NCBI GenBank assembly: GCA_003971905.1
Contig: RSEE01000071.1
Location: 186,001 to 250,000 of the forward strand
Source of the DNA: Moniliella sp. 'wahieum'
Taxonomy: Eukaryota
Direction of reading: 5' to 3'
DNA length: 64,000 nt
The first letter of the stretch is position 1. Every line of letters begins with the position of its first letter. Below, in pieces: positions 10,101 through 21,833 of the stretch. The position numbers and the translations under genes were made by a program. Below the pieces are notes generated by a model that did not search any database, was not told where the DNA came from, and was given only the letters and a program-made list of their open reading frames with translations.

Positions 10101-12418
10101 ACTAGTATCCTCCTATGATGTCATTGATGGCTGGGATTTTTTTTGTTTGCTTTGATTACATCTCTAGCGGTTATTGATGCTAGAGTGCCACTTGGACGTG
10201 CTAGGCAATCCAATGGATCAGCTGAAAAGTTACTTGCAGACATGAGCCACAAGTCTCCCTAACATGGGAAGAGAAAAGAGGGATGAGAGGTAGGAAATAT
10301 ATACGGAGCGAGCTCGGTGTGCGCCGCATGCCAGCCGAACTAACCACCTCATTAGGCGAGAGTCACCGAAGAACTCGAGGGCCTGCGGGTCCGCCATACT
10401 GTCACTGGCTTGTCGGCACATGTCAAAGAGTTAGTGTTTGTTGCAGTCCCCGGCTCCTAAGGTAGATCTGATTCATTTCCGTTCCATCATGGCTTTTCCT
10501 GCGGACGATATTGTGCGATTGTAACACTTCTCCTATTTCATCTATTCTCTTCTGTGCCCCATTGATCCGGAGTGCCATCAGCCCTCCCTTATAGACATGC
10601 TCCCATTTATCACCTTATCCTTCTGGCTATCCCATTCCCTGGGAAAACAGTGTAGAAAAAAATAGATTTTCAGAGAAACCATCGCACATCTTACCGATAT
10701 CCCAATTCGGCGCTTGGAAATTGACAGCCCGAATCCCTATTGAAGGAATTTTGTTTTGAGACCGATAGTTTCCCTTCCAACTTTGTGAAATGCTATTTTA
10801 TATCTACCAGAGGATGACAAGAAATCTCACCATCAATGTAGCGACGCACGTAGTATTCGTGGTAGCTGCACCTAGTCTCACACCTCACCTCTGGCATGAC
10901 TTGCCTCACATGTCACGTGCTATACCGCGGTTCCATCCTGCCTCACCGCGAAAGAACACCCGCAGCCATGCAATCAATAACGAGACGCGCCACCCCCTTC
11001 CCCCTCTAAAGCCCACATCCCGTTGTGGTTAGCTTGGTGCGTTTTTCCTTTCGTTCGCTTGATTCGGGATGCAAATTCTCCTCTTGCGCTGCTGTATCCA
11101 CCAGGAATGATAACACATGAGCAAAACATCGGTATACAACCCCGACCTCCCATAGCACACATGACCGTCACCGCTTCAGCAAAACTGGCTTGGTATACAC
11201 AGCTTGGGTACTAAGCATTTCGACCAAACTAAGAGAGACCGTTTATGTGGGATGGGTATGGATCCTCCCGACCACCACTACTTTCAAACGGGGCTTGCAT
11301 CCCCACCCACTATGTTTTGTTTGGTCATAGTCATACATATATCTGCCGTCGTGTGTTGCCGGGTTATAGGTGTGACCGTCACACTTCTACCAGTTGACAT
11401 AGTAGATCTTTCGGGTTTCGACATGGCCGAGGCGGATTGGCGGGGCTCTTCCCGCCATCCAATGGACACGGGAGGCGGGTAATGAAGGAACGGAGACGAG
11501 GACAAAGGGTGTCGCCCACTCACTCCAGATAAAAGGGCGATGCCGCCGGAGAGATGAAAAGTAAAGGCGAGCCAATGCCTTCGATCCGCGTATCATGTTG
11601 CTAGAATGATAGCCTTCCAAGAATCAGGAGGCCATGCATGAGGCCTGCAAATTGAAGAGACTCCAAATTTGTCGGGATCCAGTAACGACACGTCTGGCCT
11701 CTTGTACACGTGGACCACGGTTGCCACGGACTGGACGGACGGCCGAAAAAAGAGGCGTGGGGAGAGGGGCAGAGATTGTGCCTGTTAATACAATCTATAA
11801 CTGTGGGCGCCGGAATGTGGGCGGGTCCAGTCCATGAGTTTATTGAGTGTGCTTCTTCCTTTATTGGCGGAGGACGAACCCGGGAGACAGTTTGCTTGGG
11901 TAGCCATAACGTCGTTGGCAGATCCGAACAGAGGGGCTAGAGGCTATGCGATTGAGGTGCAGTGCGTGGGCGCCAAGGTGGCGCACACATGCCCCGGATA
12001 GAACAAGACAAGCGGACGTGCAATACGTGGTTCTAGCTTCACAGCGGATCAGCAAAATACGTCACAGATGTTTCAAGATATAAAATACCTTCAAAAACGT
12101 CAGAAGAGTGTTTTGGCTGTGGCGACGTGCAAACCTGTCTGTCAGTAGGTCTATTACGTCCTCGACGTCACCCCCTTGAACGTCAGAAACGTCGTTGACG
12201 TGCCCCTGGGCGACGTACTGACGAATCTGATCATCCTATGCTCGCTCTTCCTGGTTACTATTGGTATTACATTTTATACTACTACTCATTCTAGCATCAT
12301 CGAATGCTGTGCAATCGTCTTCGAGGGTACTTTTTTCATTGCGATGGGTCAATATGGACTTGGGGGCTCGCCATGGAGAGCTCTCTGGAATGTAGAGGTG
12401 CTAAATCACTCCTCAGTC

Positions 12419-13702
12419 TCAGAGTCGTCTGTGCGGTCGTCGTCTCTCGCCATCTGTGCCCTCTGCGTCAAAGAAGTTGACTGCAGTGCCTTGGTTGTCC
12501 CATGTATCCTCCTCTTCGGTTTGCACCCGGGTTACTGCGATGTGACGGTGGTGGGTGAGTTGTGCAACACGCGTCGCACGCCAGGCGGTACAAATTTCCG
12601 GCTTACCTTGCGGAAGACGCGTGTCCGCAATGCCCACGAAATTCTCCCATGCACTTGTCCAGCCCAGTAGATAGCTTGCGGGCGATGAGTGAAAAAGGTC
12701 AGATGACCTGCTGGACGACAACGGGGTGAGGACATACTTATGATCGGACCCAGAGACAGTGATGGCACCGAAAATGTCACTGCAGCGGTGGCTGTTCTTC
12801 AGACTCTGGTCGAGGAAGAGGTTACCCAGGCCAGATGGGTCAGAGAAATTGAGATTTTGTAAGACACGTTCCATTTCCCTCAGGAAGTCAAGGTTGATCG
12901 GTGCATAGCAACAGAAGCGCTTTTGATGAGAACGGATGAAGTTATTGTGGCCATATTGCGAAGAGAGCAACGCGTGATGAGGCGGGGGGCAGTACGTACC
13001 AGGATTCGGATGCGCTCCTTGGCGACAGTGAACTCTTGGTGAGAGAGGATGCGAAAGTAGACTGGAAACTTATGACGCACGAAATCAGCCTGAAAGAGGC
13101 TGCAATTGTGCGCCTTCCGTTGCCTCGATCGATACGATGCATGCTCTCTGTGGCAATTGGACGACGTGTTATTTGTTAATAGATGGTTTAGGGGTTGGGG
13201 TTAACGCACCTCATTCAAATAGCCTTTGTTGAGCGTTACCCGCCTCTGGATCGTTTCGTTGCCTGTTGCGCGGATGCGGTGCATGCTCTCCGGGATCTGA
13301 ACGATGTGTTATTTGTTAGTAGTTGGTTTAGAGGTTTGGCTCAACGCACCTCATCATTCAAACAGCTTGTGCTGAGCGTTGCCCGCCTCTGGATGATGTT
13401 GGATAAGGCACTGTTGATGGTGGATCTAGTGGGGGAGGCGCCGAGAGCGGTGGACTCTTGACCACCATCAGCAAAACGTGCTGTCTAGCCGACATGCTAA
13501 TGGATTCGACAATTCTTACCCAGTGGCACTGGCGTGACTTTGTGCGTCGCTTGTGGGATCTTGATCGACATCTTTTCTGGATCATTTGCCTGCGCGCTTT
13601 CACCGTGATATGCCGCTGTCTCTCAGGGACCGTCAGGATGCAGGCGGGGGGGCGATGCCAAATTGGTGGGGGGGGGCTCGTCCACGTACACAGCTCGTCC
13701 AT
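12419..13702 (-). CDS. Orphan 8-exon protein-coding gene (252 aa as spliced; may extend further 3' past frameshifts)
   Basis: Exons 13702-13690, 13615-13520, 13456-13350, 13296-13210, 13089-13000, 12919-12738, 12674-12607 and 12534-12419. All 7 introns are GT..AG with consensus donors (GTACGT, GTAAGA, GTGCGT, GTGCGT, GTACGT, GTATGT, GTAAGC). The phases join into one 759-nt open frame. Confidence 0.7.
13116..13394 (-). repeat. ~140-bp imperfect tandem duplication (exon + intron unit)
   Basis: On the minus strand, ATCCAGAGGCGGG..TTTGAATGA..GGTGCGTT..CTAAACCA.CTA.TAACAAATAACAC..GAGAGCATGCA occurs twice, starting at 13394 and 13251. Confidence 0.9.
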
Positions 13703-14499
13703 TTCGGCTGCCTGACGCCCTAGCTTATTGTTGACGGTGCGGGTGTGAGCTGGACCGGCGATATTGCTGGGTCCGCGAGAGGGGCTCGCACGAGCATTTT
13801 GCCTGGACGGGCTGTTGCACTTACTCTGGTGGAACGGTGGCGAGGGATGGTGGTGGGGTGTATGTGGAAAGAGGCAGGACCAGGGGGTCTGGCTGGTTCT
13901 TGTCAAGTATGGGCTGCAGTGTGGGGGTAGAGCAGATTGCGCCACTCACATGCGGGGGGCTCCATACAATGCACTAGGCAAGTCTTTTGCCCCTGGCCGG
14001 ATTTGGCTAGCCAGGGGCCTAACTGAAGAAGTATTGAGGCGCTGATGCTGCAGGGAATAGGCTGCGCCCAACATTCTCTGCACCAGGCAGTGTACGCGCG
14101 GGCGCTGCCAGGGGGCCCGCCCGGGGGGGTTATGGACGTTAAGGGGTCTAAGATCTAATCCATTGGAGAACCTAACGTCGACTCATGGTGGTTACGCGCT
14201 TGGGCTGAGCGTTAATTAATGACTGGTGGGTCCGAGCGGGGATAGGGACAAGGAAAGACTTCTCGGAGTATAGCAGTGGTGGCTGCCAGTGTGGCAAGGC
14301 TGTGTAGCGTAGAGAAAGAACGGGTGACAGGGGAAAACAAGGAGGGCGGTTGTGGGTACGGGCAACCTAAGCTAAAAGGGCACGGGGCGACTATCGTCTC
14401 CAGATTGAATCTGACCCCATGACCAACCTGGGGATGGGAATAGGAAGGCGACAGGCGCACATAGGCTTCAGGATTGCCAGCTCGTCTTCGCCCGTGACC

Positions 14500-16500
14500 G
14501 GCAGTAGGCAACTGTCGCTCGATGGTGAGCGAATAAGGCTACGTAGTGTCCTGGACAGATCGAAGCAGCCAGGCCAACAGTGAAAGTTGAGTCGCACATT
14601 CAAACGTTCGCCGTTGGTACACCGGCAATGTATCGACACCGAGGTACTGGACACTGGAGCCCTAGCTCCTCCAACTCTTGCTTCAACTCTTTTCGGCTGC
14701 CAGAATGCCCAGCACTGCCAGCCATTGGATATGCACCGGATATGTCGTCGATACCCGTACTCGTCTTTTCGACACAGGGACGCCCGACGTCACCAGCAAG
14801 ATCACACCGGGCACACCGGGTCGCTTCCAATAACCCAGCTGCAACACCGGACACTGCAGCAGGCATCATTCGTGCACCCTGTGCTCCGGCGCGCAAGCAC
14901 GATCCCAGCTGGTTCCAACCGGCAAGCGCTGGCCACCATCTCTACTGTGGCACACATCTGACATTAATATGCCAGACGTGGCCTCCCCTGAATTGCACCG
15001 TCAGCCCTCTCTGGATTGCCCCCTGGGTCTCCCACGCAAAATGGCGATGTAGAAGATGCTTTTGGATGGAGGACAACGCTGAAACGTGCTTTGCCCACAG
15101 TCGGCTGGCCCCGCCTACCGAACCCTAAGCGACAGCGGATCCTCAGTCCGGATCCAAGCCAGGGCGGCGATCAACTCGGCGCGCACACACAAGTCTGATG
15201 CCTCACAATAAGACGCACTCTTTTGCAGTTGCAGTCTCCGGCTCTGTGTATTGAGGATCTGTCGGAAACAATAATACGTCACCACGGTCCGATTGCTAGC
15301 AATATGTTCGCGCCCTTTACGAACCCGTTCATTGCCGTCATCAACATCATCCAGTTGTGGTTACCAAAAAGTATATGCGGCGAGAGCTCGCCGAACTGGG
15401 CCTGCCACTGATGAGATTAACTATTGCTGTGCGTCGCCCCCTTAGCCACCGTTCCACGCTGAGTGGGAAAAATATATTTTCACCGTTCCCACGTTGACTA
15501 TGCGTGATGTCTCAGATGACCTCCACTCGCAAGTTGGGGTGGATGGATTAACGCGAATCCCACTTCACCATCCGGCTCGCGATGTGTTGCCAAGCGAGAC
15601 GACTGTGCTCTAACTACACAAGCGCGTATGTTGGCACCGTCACCTTTATCTCTAGCCTTTATCGCGGGAGCTACTGCGCATCGGTACTTCCCTGGGCCTC
15701 TGGCGCGACGCGACGTGGCTCTGCACATCGCCTTTATATTTGCCAGGCGGCCAGCTGATGAGCGGAGACTTCCAATGACAATCTTCCCGGACATTGGGAC
15801 AGATCGCACACGCAACACCGCGTTCATTAAACAAAAGGTGGAGTTTTGCGTCAAGGAACAGTTGAAGGGCATGCCGGTCCGCAAATGTAAAACCTGTCGT
15901 TACCCGTATTCATTGTCGAACTGGTGTCGTTCATCGCTTTGCTGGTCCGTTCAACGGGGTCAGGGTCATTCTGTGACCACCGACAATTGATCTGGTCCAA
16001 TGAATATCTGGCCGAGTCGGAACACTGCGATGAAGGACGCCTACACTACACGGACCAGTGGGGCCCAAGCTCCGGCCTCATCCACAACACCTTACTGTTG
16101 TCGGAGCCAACGCCGAATGGGTCAGACGATTGGCTCACGAGCACACACACCTGATGGAACAAGAGAAGAGATGGTGAAGAAGTGTCAAGTCCGCGTATAC
16201 GACAGCCTAACCTCTGGGGACAGTCTCGCTTGACGGATTCGGTTTCAGACCCATCTCTCAAACGCGCCTGTCCGACTATGGATTTATCAGGACGAACGAC
16301 TCTCGATGATCTCGTCGGTTTGCTCGGAGAACCCAACAGACTTTTCATGACTTTCGTTTGCGGGGTCAAAGCAATGTGAAGGACCAACAAAAGCCTATCT
16401 TCAGCGGGGCTGCACCAGTCGTCCCTGCCTGCCCTGTACTCAAGCAAAACTAGCCGCAGGATGGACGCCTGATGAGCCAAACCCCTATCAGTGGGCACAG
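14500..16500 (+). pseudogene. Degenerate or error-broken spliced gene remnant, divergent from the 13702 gene
   Basis: Intron-like segments 15429-15515 (GTGCGT..TTGAC..CAG) and 15626-15746 (GTATGT..CAG). Fragments include KKYMRRELAELGLPLMRL and RRLPMTIFPDIGTDRTRNTAFIKQKVEFCVKEQLKG. I could not recover a continuous frame. Confidence 0.3.
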
Positions 16501-16810
16501 TGTTGTCCTGCATGGCCTGCCTTTTGGTCCACATGAAATGAGCTTCCATTTACCTGACGACTAGACCTTGGCCACACCAATTGCCGATGTTCCCCTGGCT
16601 AATCTGAAGACGCATGTCCCCGTAGAGCATCGATTCCCTGCCCTTGGCCAGCTACCGTGAGCGCGTATAGGAAGGACGCGTGTTGACTAGGTGGTTCTGG
16701 TAGCATTTCCTAGCATCAGAAGACACGAAATGGTGTGGCCGGGTGGGATTTTGAAACGACGCAAAGTTTCACATATAGCCGGCAGTTGGCCCCCCGCGCT
16801 GCACATCATT

Positions 16811-16877
16811 GACATCAACGACCTCTTTTGCGCCGTCGCCGACATCAACGACCTCTTTTGCGCCGTCGCTGACATCA
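16811..16877. repeat. 30-bp tandem repeat, ~2.2 copies
   Basis: GACATCAACGACCTCTTTTGCGCCGTCGC[C/T] occurs twice plus GACATCA. The minus strand reads DVSDGAKEVVDVGDGAKEVVDV. Confidence 0.95.
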
Positions 16878-19148
16878 TTTCCCTCAAAACCATGCAAATA
16901 CGTCGCCGATATCAGCCTCCGGACATCCTGATATTTTTATCTATTTCGTTGATCCGCTGTGTTTGCTGTCGAGGACGCGAGACGCAGGCAACGATAGGAT
17001 CGGCTTTGCCTCATATCGCTGAACGGATTACCCACAGGTTCCGTACATACGGAGGATATTGGAAACTGGACTTCCATGGCAATGGGTGCGGTTCGAGCTG
17101 AAACTGTTTGACGGTAATAGTTGCCCGTAGTCGAGGAAACTGAAAGACTAAGAGCCGACCATATTGGAAGCTCACTAAAATGAGCAGTTGCCAAGAAAGA
17201 AAACGGAAGGGACCTGTCTCGGTCAATGAAGCATCGAAGACGAAAGATTTTGTTAATGTACCGGAGTGGCCTCCAGGGCGGCGACAACATATAGTCTCTT
17301 GGCGCGAAGGAGAGAAGGATAGCCTTCCAGCACTTTATTGGGAAAAAGAGTACCAAAGTACCATGAAAATGTCGAGTGTCGCTTCAATGCGTCCTATAGT
17401 GCGTGTTGCCGATAGTTGAGTCCTATAGTGCACCGGATGTTTGGAAAAGGGAGGACAGATAAACCGATGAAAGCCTGCCTTTAAATGCATCTTCTTGGTA
17501 CGGAGTGGGGCATTTACATGTTGGAAGAGGCATAAATACTTTTGCGAACAACAGAAGTGGTGGCCTGATGCGTCTAGACGTACATGACGGAAGTGAATCC
17601 CGCGCGATAAACCATACACCAGTGGGATACTGGCCACAGACACCAAAACTTAGTGCGACAAGCAGCAGCGGCTGACACGGAAGAGCGGCAAACGGTCGCT
17701 GCCAGTGCGCATTCCCCTTTGATAGCTAGACGAGGGGGGTGAGGACAACATCAGTTTTCCCCTGCTGATGCACACGGGTAGTGAACAAACCGGTCAAGAA
17801 CCATACACCGGCAGGTCTGTAAAGGAATTACACAGCGAACATAAGACAAAAGAAAAAGAAGCGAGAGATAGGTAGCTCTCAAGGCGGGATCAAGAAAGGA
17901 AAAACTCCCTGCACCCATATCCCGCCCCTATAGAACACTGTATAGTAGTAACCTGAAGCAACAAACACATGACAAGGGCGCCTCTCTGCCGTTCGCAACT
18001 CTGGTCCAAGGAAACATGGGCAGTGTGGTGAGGTTCTCAGCGATAAAGAAGCACCCAGACGGCCGTACGAGAATAACTCGACCGAGGTCGCACAGGTCGA
18101 GGACAACACACTTGGTTAAGACGGACGAGACAGGGTTGTTTAACGTGTTTACATCTACGCGTTTGTGCGAGAACCACAGCCCAGTGTTGACGTAGAATCA
18201 ATCCAGGCCACCGAATGCTGAGGCAAGGAGAGATTGTGGGCTCAGCTGGGCTCGCCCACCTGCATTGGCCCATGACGTCACGCTCCTTTTCACAGAGCGA
18301 GTCGGCTAGCTCCAAAACACTCTCTTCCCACGGACGTGTCGCGGGCATGCGCTCAGTACTGTTGTGTGCACACATATCTCCTTCTCACCTTCATCATCAT
18401 TGAAACACAGCCTGTTAAGGACGGACGCTGTACGGCGAGAGATAGGGGAGCTTTCCGCCTTTCAGTGTCCTCAGTCGATCGCGGTATCATGTTGGAGGTG
18501 TTATTTTGAGAATGGCTACATGGGTCGTCTGCGGGTGCTGATAAGCCACAATGAACCGTCGTGAAAAAGCCAGTTGTTCGCGGCAAGGGCAGCCTGCTTA
18601 CTTCTTGCTCTTTCCTCCCAGTTGCGTGGCTCAAAACTTGGTGCGATTTTGACTTCCCGCGCATAGGTTCGGACGTGGACCAGATTGGGGCGAGGGTGGC
18701 AAATGGGGCGCTGGGCCCTCCGCCCCGTCTCTGCCCGTGACCACAGCCAGCCCAACGTGAATATTAACTCTAGTATTAGTACGCCGTAAAGAGGATTTTG
18801 GTGTTGGCTAAAAGACAGCAGATATAGAGTGGGCGACGGCCAACAGATGGCCGATGGTGAGAGAGGGTGGGGTGTCCTCATAGCTGAGGATGTGTGGTCG
18901 GCTGTTGAGTCCATGCATGCGCCGGACGTTTGCGACGGATGAGACGAGCTGCGGTTAAAGCACGTCAACGCCATCCACATCTGCGCCCCCGTGAAATCGA
19001 AGGGCGAAGGCGCGAACGGACACGCAGTTGAACATTCCAAAGACCGACTGCTGACTGGACTGACGTCATCGGCGCCTGGCGGCGGCCACAACACGTGGAA
19101 GCGCGTCGGCGCCATCCTGGGCCACCCCCCCCCCCCCGCCCCTCCGCA

Positions 19149-21042
19149 ATGGCCGCGCCCGATGCCGCTGGCCAGGCCATGGACCCGCGCCGCCCCGATA
19201 TACTTGCGCCCGAGTATGTCCAAGCTACCGACCGCCGCGGCGATGGCGCCGGCAGCTACGGCCGCGCCCAGCACCCGCTGCTCGCCTGGACCCCGCCCCC
19301 CACTCTCCCCGGCGCGACCGCGCCGCTGCGACTGGCGCAGGTCCACTACTTTCTCCGCCACGGCGAACGCGCGCCGGTCCGCGAGCGTCTTGCCCACGCC
19401 TCTCCACCCATCCCCACGCACTGGAACTTCTGCCAAGAGACCAACCGCTTCCGCCTCTCCGTCCTCCAGCGCCACACCAAGCTTGCCCGTGCGTCCTCCT
19501 CTCCCGAGCCCACCATCGCCGCCTCCGACCCCGCGGCCCAGGTGTGAAAAACTGTCGTTTGCCCGGGCCGATGCTAGCTTGGCCTCCGATTCACCCCCGC
19601 CGACGGCCAATCCGTTCCACCCGGCATATACCAGCAGCACTGCCACCGCCACCGCCACATCCATACCAGCCCACAGCTCGGCCCGCTGCCGCTCGCGCGG
19701 CGTGCAGTCGAAGCGGTGGACGGGCGTGGTGAGGCCGAAGCCCTCCAGCCGGGCAATTGCCTCTGGGGCGAGCTGACAGACGTGGGGCGAGCTTCGACGT
19801 ATGCGCTCGGTGCGCGCCTCAAGCGTCTCTACATTGACCATCTCGGGCTCATCCCGCCCTTGCCAACGTTGACCCAGGCCGAGGGCGATGCGTGGATCTA
19901 CATGCGTCATACGAATGTGCTCCGTTGTGCCGAGTCGCTGCAGAACGTAGTTGCTGCACTCTTGGAGCCGGGGAACCCCGTCGGCGGCGGGTCGGCAGCG
20001 GCAGCGGCAGCGGTGGCGCCCGTGACCGCGCCCAACGCGTATTTGCCCACCCTGAGGGTGCGCAACTCGTCGGATGAAAACCTGGTGCCCAATACGGCCG
20101 CCTGTCCTATCCTGCGCCGCTTGTTGCGGGACTTTTCGGACCGCGCGGCGCGGCGCTGGAACCCAATCTTGGCTGGGTTCGACAGCCAATTTGCGCGGCA
20201 AAACGATGGTCGTCCGCTGAGGGTGGACAGCCAGCCGCGGCTGTCGGGGTGTTTGATACGTTGAACGCAGCCTTGGCCATGGCCTGCCCGTTCCGGCTCC
20301 GTTTGATCCGCTTACACGGCGCCTCATGGAGCGGGCGGTGGTGGACGAATGGTTTGGGGGGTACGTGACCCGGTCTGAGCGCGCCCGCACGCGTGTCCGC
20401 CGCCTTGGCTTGGGTCCGCTCTTGGTCCGCCTCGCAGACCAGCTCGAAACGAAGGCGTCGCTCCCGCCGCCAGCGCCGGGCACGTCGGGTCCAGGCGCGC
20501 AAGGCAGCGCCTATCAACAAGGGAGCCAAAGCGACACGGGCGGTGCTCGACCGGCAGACGGGATGCGCTTGGCAGTGTATGCGGCGCATGACACGACCCT
20601 GTCTGTGCTGCTGGCGACGCTGGACGTGTACGAGGCACGCTGGCCCGCATTCAGTGCATCACTGGGGATTGAACTCTTTGCAGACGATCGACCTTCGGAG
20701 CGGCGGCCTTCGTTGGCGGGGCAGGCCGCGCGGGCGCTGGTGGGACTGGTGGGGCTGGGACCCGGTGGGGCCCGGCAGGAAGAGGAGGCTGGGCGACTGG
20801 GGTCGCGGCCGCATTATGTCCGGCTGCGCTACGGCGACGACCCGCTCCTGTTGCCCGTCTGCAGTGCCCCGGGCAAGCATCTCGCCTACACCGACCCGGC
20901 CACGGGCGAGCGGCGCACCCACCCGGAGTTCTGCACTCTCGAGGCATTCGTCGCCGCGCTCCGGTCGATTGGGCCAACCAGCCCCAAGGAGTACGCCGAG
21001 CTGTGCGAGTTGCCCATGGAGCCGATCCACTTCCGGCAATAA
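19149..21042 (+). CDS. Histidine acid phosphatase (branch 2, ACP6-like); frameshifted
   Basis: Catalytic motif RHGERAP, plus GELTDVG, R.TNVLRCAESL, the HD motif in YAAHDTTL, WPAFSASLGIELF and the C-terminal YVRLRY..FCTLEAF. Confidence 0.92.
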
Positions 21043-21833
21043 ATGTGACCAACCCCAAGATGTATTCTTCTGCCCTCTCCTCCCCGTAGCCCACCCACGA
21101 CCACCATCACCGTCAATATCTTCACTCAACATCCCCCAGCCGCCAGCCACGAGCGGAACCCTGAGACCCAGATGGGTCTTCACGCAGGTCAACAACACGC
21201 TCATCGATCGTCAAGCTCTGCGCCGACAACGACTCGCGTGTGAACACTATCCCTCCCTGCATACACCCTCTGAACCGTTCGGCAGTCGGTGTCGGCCCCT
21301 ATTTGCAACTGCAGTGTACTTCCCCCACATGCCCTTGCGTCACATCTTCTTTGACCTCAGCATCTGGGACTGGGCCCGGAGCAGATATATTTCCCTCGGC
21401 CACCCCGCCCCACTGGCTAGCCACATTGATTAATCTCCATTCATCGCTATGCTCTCGGTTGAGAGTTGGTGTGGGGCATGTTGGTTCGTTTGCATGTGTT
21501 CCCCGCACTCTTCTGCGTCTGCTGTTGTTGCTGCTGTATCCAAGCGCGCCGATGAGGATCGATGAGGGGAACCGACTCTCTTGCATAGTCGATATATTTT
21601 CGGCGCTCTGGGTTTGCTGCTGCCCACACCTGCGTCTTTGCCCAGTTTGCTTGTAATCCTTTGCCTTTTCCCCTGCGTGGAGACAGCACCACGTTGCTGT
21701 GCACATGAACCAGATAGCATGAGGAAGGTCTGACCGAGGCAAAAAGCTCTCGGTAGTAAGCAGATGTCCTGGGAAGATTAGTAACGCTCTGACCATGAAG
21801 GCCGATGGGTGCGGGTGCGGACATGGTTACGCC

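Larger units (their letters stand above)
6215..18900. other. Lower-GC island lacking conserved genes; holds an intron-rich orphan gene and degenerate spliced remnants
   Basis: Four hand-counted 60-nt lines at 9.3-10.8 kb gave 33-50% GC, visibly lower than the flanking genes. I recognised no conserved protein motif between SAF1-like and the acid phosphatase. Confidence 0.75.

Noticed and set aside
14900..14935. SWFQP / possible WFQNR after a frameshift, suggesting a bW-type homeodomain
   Set aside because: No upstream homeodomain helices in any frame, and it would require an assumed 2-nt deletion.
11603..17329. 16/17-nt match AGAA[T/G]GATAGCCTTCCA at 11603 and 17313
   Set aside because: The flanks do not align, and a match of this length is plausible by chance within a 13 kb region.
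18516..20483. 655-aa minus-strand ORF, and similar long antisense ORFs such as 45811-46833 and 54020-55054
   Set aside because: These are shadow ORFs opposite GC-rich genuine genes (acid phosphatase, SYP1, CCT8).
21060..21824. Possible small minus-strand gene right after the F-box/LRR stop
   Set aside because: It starts about 10 nt after the neighbour's stop, has no motif and no consistent frame; more likely UTR.
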